The notes under the pieces were generated by a model. The model was not told where the DNA came from, did not search any database, and was given only the letters and a program-made list of their open reading frames with translations. From IMG/VR virus record IMGVR_UViG_3300025890_000011: 32,593 bases of DNA; one strand, 5' to 3'. The position numbers and the translations under genes were made by a program. Positions 7,755 to 15,356 of this stretch are shown here, piece by piece. The DNA is from a virus. How positions within the stretch are numbered: position 1 is the first letter of the stretch; each line of letters begins with the position of its first letter.

Positions 7755-8642
7755 TTAACTTGGTGTCGTGTCTGATGTATATGCTGCAACTGAATAATTA
7801 AAAATAGCATTTGCAGAATCATCAATACATTCTACTTGGATCATATTTGTAGTACTTCCATCATAATCAACACCACCCACCTTGTTAAAAGTTTCACTTG
7901 TTCCTGCGTCAGAATCAAATGTAATAGTTTGACTTCCTGTTAGATTATAAAAAGTAATTACTTGACCTTGTTTAAAATTAGTAAAATCAAATTCTATTGC
8001 ACCAGTTAAACTGCTTCCCATTTTAAAGGTTGTACCTGCTGACCAATCAACAGATACTGCACCTGTATAAGTAGTTATATCAACCTTAGCAGTATATCTA
8101 TTTTCTAATTTAGCAAAAGTTACATTATTATCGGCTATTTTAGCAGTAGTTACATTAGCGTCAGTAATCTTAACTGTTGTTATTGCGTCATTAGCAATAG
8201 TTAAAGCAGTTGTTCCTGTTACGTCCCCAGTGTGTGCAGTTAAAGATAATGTTACTGCACCACTTGTTCCTCCACCTGATAAACCTGTTCCTGCAGTTAC
8301 CCCTGTAATATCACCACTTGAAGCAGCAACGTAACTAAATGATCCATCACCATCAGATTGTATTAATTGACCTGCAGTTCCATTACCACTAATATTAAAT
8401 CTTGTAGCGTCAATCGCATTATCTGCAATTAATGCCGAAGCAATCTCACCTGTTGAAGAAGTACCAATTAAAGTACCTTTTGTTGTTGAAACCAAAACTC
8501 CTGCGTTTGTTAAAGTTAAACCAACAGTATTACCTGCCCCATCACTTAAAGCTTGTGCTGATCCATCAATTGCACCATTATCACCAACTTTAAGTAGTGA
8601 TGTATAAGTATCTTTTATTTTATTACCTGTTAAACTTGCCAT
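7755..8642 (-). CDS. Tail fibre-like protein (295 aa)
   Basis: The N-terminus 'MASLTGNKIKDTYTSLLKVGD' is typical of marine phage fibre adaptors. It contains Gly/Thr/Ala-rich beta-repeats 'IANDAITTVKITDANVTTAKIADNNVTFAKL'. Confidence 0.6.
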   Translation of the reverse strand: MASLTGNKIKDTYTSLLKVGDNGAIDGSAQALSDGAGNTVGLTLTNAGVLVSTTKGTLIGTSSTGEIASALIADNAIDATRFNISGNGTAGQLIQSDGDGSFSYVAASSGDITGVTAGTGLSGGGTSGAVTLSLTAHTGDVTGTTALTIANDAITTVKITDANVTTAKIADNNVTFAKLENRYTAKVDITTYTGAVSVDWSAGTTFKMGSSLTGAIEFDFTNFKQGQVITFYNLTGSQTITFDSDAGTSETFNKVGGVDYDGSTTNMIQVECIDDSANAIFNYSVAAYTSDTTPS

Positions 8643-8652
8643 ATTTTTTTAT

Positions 8653-8778
8653 TTATTGTGCTTGATCCCAATTTGTATTTTCACTTTCCCAATTTACAAA
8701 CCACTCATTCCAATATTTTTCAATGTGTGATTTTATTTTTTTAGAAACATTTGATAAAGTATTAAATAATCCTATCAT
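8653..8778 (-). CDS. Small Trp-rich ORF (41 aa; not in the ORF track)
   Basis: Sequence: 'MIGLFNTLSNVSKKIKSHIEKYWNEWFVNWESENTNWDQAQ'. It is coupled to the upstream gene by ATGA and fills the gap before the fibre gene. Confidence 0.35.
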   Translation of the reverse strand: MIGLFNTLSNVSKKIKSHIEKYWNEWFVNWESENTNWDQAQ

Positions 8779-9047
8779 TGTAAATAAGCTATAATTTTAC
8801 CACTATCTACTGTAATTGATGTTAGATCACCATAAAATATAAATCCTGCTTCTAAAACTAAATTTGTAACTGTAGTATCACCAACACCTGCTGAACTTGT
8901 AAAATCCACTTGTGCGTCAGCTACAACTTGTATTGCTAAAAATTTTTCTCCACCTACTGAACTTTCACCTGAACCTAAAATTCTTAAACCCTTATGTCCA
9001 AATGCTGCTTTTTGAAAATCTCCTGAAAAGTATAAATCTGTTGCCAT
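8775..9047 (-). CDS. Hypothetical beta-rich protein (90 aa), first gene of the fibre operon
   Basis: ORF with a -7 box (TATTTTTG, 9065..9072) 17 nt upstream. No recognised motif. Confidence 0.5.
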   Translation of the reverse strand: MATDLYFSGDFQKAAFGHKGLRILGSGESSVGGEKFLAIQVVADAQVDFTSSAGVGDTTVTNLVLEAGFIFYGDLTSITVDSGKIIAYLQ

Positions 9048-9064
9048 GCTATTGTAATTTTATA

Positions 9065-9072
9065 CAAAAATA
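9065..9072 (-). promoter_or_regulatory. -7 promoter box TATTTTTG
   Basis: TAnnTTTG match in the 37-nt gap upstream of 8775..9047. Confidence 0.45.
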
Positions 9073-9084
9073 AGAAATTAAAAA

Positions 9085-9225
9085 TTAACGTTTTATACCT
9101 TGACCACGATATTTTTTTTTCCACCCATTTTGACCACGTGAAGCGTTTTTTGAATGGACACCTTTACGTTTCTTTTTAGGTTTTTCAACTTTTGCAAATA
9201 ATTTTGGTCGTCTAATATTTACCAT
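9085..9225 (-). CDS. Extremely basic 46-aa peptide (not in the ORF track)
   Basis: Sequence: 'MVNIRRPKLFAKVEKPKKKRKGVHSKNASRGQNGWKKKYRGQGIKR'. Its ATG is 2 nt after the holin stop. Confidence 0.4.
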   Translation of the reverse strand: MVNIRRPKLFAKVEKPKKKRKGVHSKNASRGQNGWKKKYRGQGIKR

Positions 9226-9227
9226 TT

Positions 9228-9689
9228 TTATTTACTTATACTTTTAAATTTCTCTGCACCACGAGAACCAAAATATGCTACATAAACAGTAATAAGTAAA
9301 CTTTTTAATAAATCAATCCAACCATTATCAACACTAAATTCAACACCACTCGAATCAACAAATATTAATAAAACCATTGCAACAGTTAAAAATATTAACG
9401 CCATTGGTCTTGTATTTTTACTTAACCAAGAATCACTTTGCATATCACTTGACCAACGTTTAGACACTTCTTGCATTTCAATAGTATCCTGATTTAATAA
9501 TGCTAATGCTTTTTCTTTATCCTCAGGTGGTAACGCAGGGTCTTTCTTAATTAAATTTTTAACTAAACCCATTACACCTTTATCAGGCAAAACATCACCT
9601 AAATTATTAATAATACCAGAACCTGCTTGTGCTAAAAACCTACCTACTGCAGTATCTTTTAATTTTTTCTTTTCTTTACTCATTTGCAT
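9228..9689 (-). CDS. Putative holin (153 aa, two C-terminal TM helices)
   Basis: It overlaps the endolysin 3' end. TM segments are 'MALIFLTVAMVLLIFV' and 'LLKSLLITVYVAYFG', preceded by a 'RWSSDMQSDSWLSKNTRP' segment. Confidence 0.5.
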   Translation of the reverse strand: MQMSKEKKKLKDTAVGRFLAQAGSGIINNLGDVLPDKGVMGLVKNLIKKDPALPPEDKEKALALLNQDTIEMQEVSKRWSSDMQSDSWLSKNTRPMALIFLTVAMVLLIFVDSSGVEFSVDNGWIDLLKSLLITVYVAYFGSRGAEKFKSISK

Positions 9690-10194
9690 TTATATTACAT
9701 TCATCTTCACAAATACAAAGATCAAAATATTGATATGTAGTGAATGCTTTGCCAGGTTTTCTTGTAGCTTGATAAACAAGTTTTCTGTTATTATTTTTTC
9801 TATATGAAACATGTATCCAATCAGGATTTTCACTATCGCCATGTTCCCAAATTAATTTATCAAAGTCAAATTCTTGTTTAATAATACAAAACAACTCTTT
9901 GTTTGTCATACCCTTCGAAGCGTCTAAATCAATTGCTTGTCCTTTTACGTGTTGTGATGTAGTCGCAGAACCTGAAATTGCTTGATTTAATTCTTCACAT
10001 CTAAAAAAGCTATTTATTCGGATTGGAACACCACATTTTTCTCTTAATGGTTCGAAAAACTCTTTTGCTAATGTTTTCATGTTTTCTAATTGATCGTCAT
10101 TTGGTGTATTATCAATTTTTAACTTTTTTGCAGTTGCAGAACCTATTGCTTCTTTCCAACTTATATGATTACTAAAATTTTTTGTTTTTGCCAT
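9676..10194 (-). CDS. Endolysin, peptidase M15 family (zinc D-Ala-D-Ala/L-Ala-D-Glu peptidase-like, 172 aa)
   Basis: Motifs 'INSFFRCEELNQAISGSATTSQHVKGQAIDL' (SxHxxGxAxD) and 'DWIHVSY' (second His ligand). Confidence 0.8.
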   Translation of the reverse strand: MAKTKNFSNHISWKEAIGSATAKKLKIDNTPNDDQLENMKTLAKEFFEPLREKCGVPIRINSFFRCEELNQAISGSATTSQHVKGQAIDLDASKGMTNKELFCIIKQEFDFDKLIWEHGDSENPDWIHVSYRKNNNRKLVYQATRKPGKAFTTYQYFDLCICEDECNINANE

Positions 10195-10198
10195 AATA

Positions 10199-10636
10199 TT
10201 ATAATTGTTGTATTTTATTTGAAATATCGATTAATGCTTTAAAATATGTTTTTTCTTCGTCAGCGTCTTCGGTATAAGTTATATTATCAACGCTAAAAGA
10301 ATAAACGTTAAAATTATTTGAACTTAAATCAAAATAATCTGTTTTACTTGTCCTTAACAATTGTAAAACACTATTTACAATTTGATTTGCTTGTAATTCA
10401 CCACCATCATCTGAAAAGAATCCTGTTACAATTTCAACTCTTGTAGTACATTCAGTAATAAATTTTTGTTGGTTTACATCTACATCTTGCTCGTTTAAAG
10501 AATTTATAATTATATATGGTTCATCTTGTGTACTTGGAACTCTGTTAAAGACAGGAACATTTGAACCACCATGTGAAACATTTCCATTTAATCTTGTAAA
10601 AATTTTCTGTCTTATAAAATGTATAGACTCTTTCAT
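10199..10636 (-). CDS. Tail terminator / tail completion-like protein (145 aa)
   Basis: The call rests on position, after the gp10-like neck protein. There is only a weak DUF3168-like pattern. Confidence 0.4.
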   Translation of the reverse strand: MKESIHFIRQKIFTRLNGNVSHGGSNVPVFNRVPSTQDEPYIIINSLNEQDVDVNQQKFITECTTRVEIVTGFFSDDGGELQANQIVNSVLQLLRTSKTDYFDLSSNNFNVYSFSVDNITYTEDADEEKTYFKALIDISNKIQQL

Positions 10637-10974
10637 CTTATGATTTGTTTTATTTTTGTTTCAACGTTTGCAATTAATGTTTTTATTCCTTTGTTAACTT
10701 TAAAATAAAAGAAAGGTTGTGCTACCATAAATTTTGTACCAAATTCAAGAAATCCACTATATTTAGCGTCTGAACGAATACTTTTACCATCAAATCTAAC
10801 ATTTCTTCTTAAATTACCTGTATCAACAGGAATTGGAGGTAATTTAATATCTTTTGCTATGGTAAAACCTGATCGAAATAATAATAATCTAAAATCGTCA
10901 GTTGATAATTTTTCAAGACGTTCTAATTTACGCACCAATTTACGTTTATCACTTAAATTTAGTTTTAATTGCAT
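10633..10974 (-). CDS. HK97 gp10-like head-tail (neck) protein (113 aa)
   Basis: Motif 'PVDTGNLRRNV...YSGFLEFGTKFMVAQPFF'. Confidence 0.7.
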   Translation of the reverse strand: MQLKLNLSDKRKLVRKLERLEKLSTDDFRLLLFRSGFTIAKDIKLPPIPVDTGNLRRNVRFDGKSIRSDAKYSGFLEFGTKFMVAQPFFYFKVNKGIKTLIANVETKIKQIIR

Positions 10975-11301
10975 TTATTCTCTTTTAGTTGCTGTAATTG
11001 TAGTATAATATTTATAATCACTATTAAACATATCGTTAATTTGAAAAAACCCATTTACGTTTTCAATTTGCAATAAATCTGTAATTAAAATATTTTCTGC
11101 AGTGTCTTTTCTTACAAGTATTTCTACTTGCAAATTCCTTTTTTTCCGACCACTTTTATTTTCTACTAATCCACCTGTATAATTTAAATTAGCCCAAATC
11201 GTATTATTTGTAGCATTTGTAGAAGTAAAACCACCAAAACCATCTGCAGTTTTTGATAATCTTTTGATCAAAATTCTTTTATCTAATTTACCTGGTTGCA
11301 T
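10975..11301 (-). CDS. Head-tail joining / head closure protein (SPP1 gp16 / Phage_H_T_join-like, 108 aa)
   Basis: It starts 'MQPGKLDKRILIKR...DGFGG...IWANL', which is typical of this family. Synteny supports the call. Confidence 0.65.
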   Translation of the reverse strand: MQPGKLDKRILIKRLSKTADGFGGFTSTNATNNTIWANLNYTGGLVENKSGRKKRNLQVEILVRKDTAENILITDLLQIENVNGFFQINDMFNSDYKYYTTITATKRE

Positions 11302-11843
11302 TATATAAACATTGATTTTTCTGAACTTAAAATATTTCTTACGTTTGTTGGGATCATATTTAAATTACCTTCCACGAAATCTGTCCTATAATCATAGTAA
11401 GTACTAACTAATTGTAGCATTGCTTGTTTAATTAAATCATTATTAAATCCTGTGGTTGTATAATTCACTATAACATTTTCACTTGGTAAATCTTCTAATT
11501 CAACGATCAACTCATTTAAACCATACGTTTGAAAATTTGTAGTGGTTGTGCCATCAATTGTTATTGTTTGAACAGACGCAATTGGTGAAAATGGTAAACT
11601 AAATCTTTCGTTAACTGTTGCTAAATATAAACTTCTTGTTTTAGATACAATATCTCTTGATAGATAATTTTCAATCCACACTCTTGCTTGGACGATCATC
11701 TGTCCAATTAATGTATCATCAGCACTTGTGTCTACTCTCATATAATCTTTAGCATTAGTAGTAGAGACAACTTCAGAGCCTGTGGTTGAATTAATTTTTA
11801 TTTGAGTATGAAACCTTTCGAGTTTATCACTATAATATTCCAT
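11301..11843 (-). CDS. Head-tail connector/adaptor (gp6-like, 180 aa)
   Basis: Pattern 'AKDYMRVDTSADDTLIGQMIVQARVWIENYLSRDI'. It is the first gene of the neck cluster and has a -7 box upstream. Confidence 0.7.
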   Translation of the reverse strand: MEYYSDKLERFHTQIKINSTTGSEVVSTTNAKDYMRVDTSADDTLIGQMIVQARVWIENYLSRDIVSKTRSLYLATVNERFSLPFSPIASVQTITIDGTTTTNFQTYGLNELIVELEDLPSENVIVNYTTTGFNNDLIKQAMLQLVSTYYDYRTDFVEGNLNMIPTNVRNILSSEKSMFI

Positions 11844-11858
11844 GTCTTTTATTTATTA

Positions 11859-11866
11859 CAAATTTA
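11859..11866 (-). promoter_or_regulatory. -7 promoter box TAAATTTG
   Basis: TAnnTTTG match 15 nt upstream of the ATG at 11843, directly after the terminator. Confidence 0.45.
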
Positions 11867-11869
11867 AGC

Positions 11870-11899
11870 AAAAAAAAAATGGACTTACTTGAAGCCCAT
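11870..11899 (-). terminator. Rho-independent terminator
   Basis: Minus-strand RNA reads AUGGGCUU-CAAGU-AAGUCCAU (8-bp stem with one G-U) followed by U9. It lies downstream of 11926..12288. Confidence 0.7.
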
Positions 11900-11925
11900 T
11901 TTTGAAAAGAATACAAATTTAAAAA

Positions 11926-12288
11926 CTATTTAAAAGCAAAGTTATTAAAAAATTTTGAATTTTCATTAGTTAAGCTAACTCTAATTGATTGCTGTTGTCC
12001 ATTATTTTTAAAAATAAAGAATCCTTGAAAGATTGAAACATAAACTGCAAAGTAATCTACATGATCAGTGGAATAACTTGTGTGCCAATTTGCTTGAACT
12101 GTATTTCTGTGTTCTTGTATGTCTTTAGCAGTGGATTTAATTTGAATTCGAAAGATGTCTTGACCTGTGTCTGCTATACAATCATAAACACAAGCGTCTA
12201 ATAAAGGATAAGAAACAATAATTCCTCTTTTAAGACATTCAATACCAAATTGGTATTCTGCAAAACAACCACGTGCATTATTATCCAC
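11926..12288 (-). CDS. Stand-alone PD-(D/E)XK endonuclease (PDDEXK_5-like, group-I-intron/homing-type; 120 aa; GTG start)
   Basis: Pattern 'GCFAEYQFGIECLKRGIIVSYPL..VYDCIAD....IFRIQIKST...VDYFAVYV' (E...D...Q-x-K). The start codon is GTG at 12288..12286, with the box TAATTTTG 4 nt upstream. Confidence 0.6.
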   Translation of the reverse strand: MDNNARGCFAEYQFGIECLKRGIIVSYPLLDACVYDCIADTGQDIFRIQIKSTAKDIQEHRNTVQANWHTSYSTDHVDYFAVYVSIFQGFFIFKNNGQQQSIRVSLTNENSKFFNNFAFK

Positions 12289-12292
12289 GAAT

Positions 12293-12300
12293 CAAAATTA
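12293..12300 (-). promoter_or_regulatory. -7 box TAATTTTG exactly 4 nt upstream of the GTG start
   Basis: TAnnTTTG-N4-start architecture, shared with 4221, 15349 and 29144. Confidence 0.5.
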
Positions 12301-12302
12301 GT

Positions 12303-12335
12303 AAAAAAAAAAGTGGGATAAACAGAAACCCACTT
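12303..12335 (-). terminator. Rho-independent terminator
   Basis: Minus-strand stem AAGUGGG / CCCACUU with an 11-nt loop, followed by U10. It lies downstream of 12370..12504. Confidence 0.7.
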
Positions 12336-12369
12336 TGACTAATTAAAAACCTGTATGAAAAAAACGTAA

Positions 12370-12504
12370 TTATCTGCTTTTTATCTCTTGTAATCGATCA
12401 TATATTTTTTTAGTTAAATTCATAATAAAGAAATAATCTTCATTATTCCATTTTTTTTTACAATCTCTTAATTCTTTATTTATGGGATCAATTAATTTAA
12501 TCAT
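12370..12504 (-). CDS. Small hypothetical protein (44 aa; shortened version of track ORF 12370..12570)
   Basis: An internal ATG at 12504 overlaps the TGA of ORF 12501..12659 (ATGA coupling). The longer track ORF would overlap that gene by 70 nt. Confidence 0.35.
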   Translation of the reverse strand: MIKLIDPINKELRDCKKKWNNEDYFFIMNLTKKIYDRLQEIKSR

Positions 12505-12659
12505 GACATAATCCAATTTATAAACATTATTAACCAAAAAGTAAATATAGCAGGTCCAATTATCCACCACTCTTTTATTTTCTTTTGCAACAATCTATCT
12601 TTTGGTGTAGTTTTTAACCATTTACGTATTGTTTCTTTTTCCAATTTATTTAAACGCAT
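12501..12659 (-). CDS. Small C-terminally anchored membrane protein (52 aa; not in the ORF track)
   Basis: Sequence: 'MRLNKLEKETIRKWLKTTPKDRLLQKKIKEWWIIGPAIFTFWLIMFINWIMS'. Its ATG is 2 nt after the stop of 12662..12949. Confidence 0.4.
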   Translation of the reverse strand: MRLNKLEKETIRKWLKTTPKDRLLQKKIKEWWIIGPAIFTFWLIMFINWIMS

Positions 12660-12661
12660 AC

Positions 12662-12949
12662 TTATATTTTTGTAATATTTTGTCTAATGTTTTGTGCTAT
12701 GATCGAATTTATTTTTTCTTCTTGCGATCCAATATATTTACCACATAATCTATTATAAGATGTTTTATAAACACCTGGTTTAATTTTTTTACCACGATCT
12801 AATTCTATAATAACGTTTGTATGTTTTGTTTCACGTCCTTTATAACCAAATAATCTATTGGGTTGTTTGTCGCAAAGACGTGTTCCAATAAATTTACCAT
12901 TTTGATAACAATCTTCGAAATATCCTATTGTTCTAAATTCTGTTTTCAT
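12662..12949 (-). CDS. Hypothetical protein (95 aa)
   Basis: ORF bounded upstream by the hairpin at 12971..12989. No recognised motif. Confidence 0.5.
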   Translation of the reverse strand: MKTEFRTIGYFEDCYQNGKFIGTRLCDKQPNRLFGYKGRETKHTNVIIELDRGKKIKPGVYKTSYNRLCGKYIGSQEEKINSIIAQNIRQNITKI

Positions 12950-12970
12950 ATTATTTTATTATAATTATAC

Positions 12971-12989
12971 GGGGGTGATTTACACCCCC
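12971..12989 (-). terminator. GC-rich hairpin (GGGGGTG-N5-CACCCCC), possible terminator or insulator
   Basis: Perfect 7-bp inverted repeat between 12998..13279 and 12662..12949. There is no long U-run. Confidence 0.4.
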
Positions 12990-12997
12990 ATTATTAT

Positions 12998-13279
12998 TTA
13001 TTTTCTATTTTTTAATATGTATTTTTCAAATGAATCCATAGAATTTACATTTGATGTACTTGTATCGCAAAATTCATTGTTATCAAACATTCTTTCTAAA
13101 TCAGAATATTTTCCTTCGAATATTAAATAAGTAGTTCTATAAAATTCAGTATAGTTACATAATTTTGCTTTATATCCTGCCATGATCATTAAAATTTCTG
13201 ATGGGATAAAAGTTTCTAATCCAACTCTTATTATTGTGTTTTGCTTATTTGATGATTTTAATTCTTTTACGTTTTGCAT
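12998..13279 (-). CDS. Hypothetical protein (93 aa)
   Basis: ORF preceded by a 125-nt AT-rich gap after the capsid terminator. No recognised motif. Confidence 0.5.
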   Translation of the reverse strand: MQNVKELKSSNKQNTIIRVGLETFIPSEILMIMAGYKAKLCNYTEFYRTTYLIFEGKYSDLERMFDNNEFCDTSTSNVNSMDSFEKYILKNRK

Positions 13280-13354
13280 TTTTATTGTTTTTAAATTATA
13301 TGTAAATATACATAAAATATTTCATATTATAAAATATATTTTAATATATATTAC

Positions 13355-13380
13355 AAAAAAAAGAGGACAAAAAGCCCCCT
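13355..13380 (-). terminator. Rho-independent terminator after the major capsid gene
   Basis: Minus-strand RNA reads AGGGGGC-UUUUU-GUCCUCU (two G-U pairs, so it is functional on the minus strand only) followed by U8. Confidence 0.6.
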
Positions 13381-13404
13381 TTTTAATTTCCCATTGCTAA
13401 CTAA

Positions 13405-14613
13405 TTATAGAGCTGCTATAACTGTTGCAAATGATCCTCTACATAAAGCGTTTGGTAAATACGTTGTAAAACCAATTCTTTCTTGCACTCTGATCGTGAT
13501 AAAGTTCTTTTGTACGTTATCAGTATCTTGCTCAAAAAATTCTACGTTTACGTTTTCTCTAACCCATACTTGAGCAGCTTGTGCGAAATTACCAACGATA
13601 AATTCACCTTCTGCCATTGCAGTATTAATTTTTACAGGTACTCCCATAAAAGTTGGTTGAAGACCTTGATATACTTGGTCTTTAAGATATCTGTTATCAG
13701 AATCTTTTAATGATAAAATCTTATGGAAATCTGTTGGATTTAATAAAATATTATCAGCAGCATAGTTAAATTTAGCAATTTGGTTCATTGCAGTAATTAA
13801 AACATCAAACTGTTGTGGTGTAGCAAAATCTGCAGCGCCAAAGCCAGACAAACCTGTACTCCATGCAGTTGCAGTATTTCTTAAACCATGTAAGTTTGGT
13901 GCAGTACCATTACCACCTAATAATTGATCATCTTCGACTGCCATAAGTTTACTTGGCACTCTTGCAGAAATATACGAACTTAATTGTTCAGTATCTTCTA
14001 ACATTTGTCTTGATACTCTTAGATATGTACCAATAGTTTCAATTGGTGCAGTTGAAGCAGTCAAATTAAAGTCAGTTTGACCTAAAGCAGCACCCTCTGC
14101 CTTAGCAGCAGCGCCTTGTGTATATGCACTTTCTTTTATATATCTAATTAAGTCAGAATTTGTTGTTCCATTAGGAACCATCTGTCTTATATGAGTAGTA
14201 TTTGAAGGATCAAACTTAATGCCTGGAACTCTTGTTGCAGCGATTACTTCGCCTGTATAATCTGCCCCAGTTGTCATGTCGGCTTTTACCTCAAAACTAC
14301 TTGCTCTTGAATTTCCTTTTTTTAGACTTTCAATTGCACCACCATCAAACGCATCTATCAAAGCAGATTTAAAAGACATTGGTTCAGTCGTTGCTTCAGC
14401 TAATTTTTTACTTGAAACTTCAATTGAATCTAATCTTTTATTTAATTGATCTTGCTTTTCTACATAAGAATTTTGAAGGTGTTCGATTTCACTTTTTAAC
14501 GTGTGTTCTACTTCACCTTTTGCATTATCTTTAGCAGCGTTCATGGCTTTTTCTATTTTTTCGTCAACTAAACCACCTATTTGGTCTAATTGATCTTTAA
14601 TATTATCGTCCAT
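13405..14613 (-). CDS. Major capsid protein, HK97 family (402 aa)
   Basis: It has an N-terminal coiled-coil delta-like region and the motif 'LLGGNGTAPNLHGL'. It lies directly after the prohead protease. Confidence 0.9.
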   Translation of the reverse strand: MDDNIKDQLDQIGGLVDEKIEKAMNAAKDNAKGEVEHTLKSEIEHLQNSYVEKQDQLNKRLDSIEVSSKKLAEATTEPMSFKSALIDAFDGGAIESLKKGNSRASSFEVKADMTTGADYTGEVIAATRVPGIKFDPSNTTHIRQMVPNGTTNSDLIRYIKESAYTQGAAAKAEGAALGQTDFNLTASTAPIETIGTYLRVSRQMLEDTEQLSSYISARVPSKLMAVEDDQLLGGNGTAPNLHGLRNTATAWSTGLSGFGAADFATPQQFDVLITAMNQIAKFNYAADNILLNPTDFHKILSLKDSDNRYLKDQVYQGLQPTFMGVPVKINTAMAEGEFIVGNFAQAAQVWVRENVNVEFFEQDTDNVQKNFITIRVQERIGFTTYLPNALCRGSFATVIAAL

Positions 14614-14618
14614 TTTTT

Positions 14619-15344
14619 TTACGAATTTAATTTATTAAACAAATATTTATATATCTCATTGGATACTTTATTAGAATCATCTTTCACTGCTATCGGCTCT
14701 GTGACTTCTATTTCTGTCGGCAAAGTGGTAAAATCGGTAAAAATTGATTTTAATTTTATTAGTTCTGCTTCAATAGCAAAACCTAACTCATCTGATATAT
14801 CACCTTTTCTAATTAATTTAATTAGTGTGTCATATCGGTTATAAATGTTTTCTTTATCTGTATATCCTTTTACATCTAATATTTTTGCTTCATCATTTGA
14901 AGCTAATGTTACTGCGCTAATTTCATACAATTTAACTTCTGTTAATTTTCTGTAACATGGTGGATTTGTTCCATCAGGACATTGTTCTTTTTTTATCGGC
15001 ATAATACCAACACTATTTTCTGTAATAATTCCTGCTTTTATTAATTCAATAACATCTTCACCTAATCTTGTTTTAGCAATTTCTGCTTCAAACATTAAGC
15101 CCTTTTCATCTTCATAAATATTAACCATTTTACCAATTGGTTGATCCATTTTGTGTTGATATAAATATTTAACTCGATCACCATTCTCCATAATAGTTTT
15201 AGCAAAAGCACCCTTTGCCATTATATCTCCATCAGCGTCAACGTTACCAAATATTGAACCATAACCTTTTACAATACCTCTTTTTTCGTCAATGTCAGCG
15301 ATTTCGCCCATTGGACTTGTTTTATATATTAAGTGATTTTCCAT
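14619..15344 (-). CDS. Prohead maturation protease, HK97 family (S78/U35; 241 aa)
   Basis: Pattern 'GYGSIFGNVDADGDIMAKGAFAKT...YQHKMDQPIGK...ENSVGIMP...KLYEISAVTLASN'. Confidence 0.9.
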   Translation of the reverse strand: MENHLIYKTSPMGEIADIDEKRGIVKGYGSIFGNVDADGDIMAKGAFAKTIMENGDRVKYLYQHKMDQPIGKMVNIYEDEKGLMFEAEIAKTRLGEDVIELIKAGIITENSVGIMPIKKEQCPDGTNPPCYRKLTEVKLYEISAVTLASNDEAKILDVKGYTDKENIYNRYDTLIKLIRKGDISDELGFAIEAELIKLKSIFTDFTTLPTEIEVTEPIAVKDDSNKVSNEIYKYLFNKLNS

Positions 15345-15348
15345 TTTA

Positions 15349-15356
15349 CAAATATA
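15349..15356 (-). promoter_or_regulatory. -7 box TATATTTG exactly 4 nt upstream of the protease ATG (within a 19-nt repeat, 15346..15364)
   Basis: The minus strand reads AATTTAACTATATTTGTAAA-ATG, identical over 19 nt to 5371..5389. Confidence 0.55.

Noticed and set aside
9228-9689. The 9228..9689 product as a tape-measure-like or structural protein rather than a holin.
   Set aside because: It has two C-terminal TM helices, overlaps the endolysin gene, and is small. These features fit a holin better, although the call remains only moderate confidence.
12281-12568. Two DnaA-box-like 8-mers, TTATCCAC, at 12281..12288 and 12560..12567. They might be targets for the DnaA-domain-IV::VRR-NUC protein.
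   Set aside because: A rough composition estimate gives about one such 8-mer by chance in this genome. Neither is a full 9-mer consensus, and both lie in coding sequence. The evidence is too weak to report as sites.
12971-12989. GC-rich patches (12971..12989, 13362..13380, 26533..26558, 29157..29180, 30486..30530) as tRNA or other small RNA genes or CRISPR repeats.
   Set aside because: Each is a single short inverted repeat next to a U/A-run at a gene end, which makes it a terminator. There is no cloverleaf arms pattern and no regularly spaced repeats anywhere in the window.
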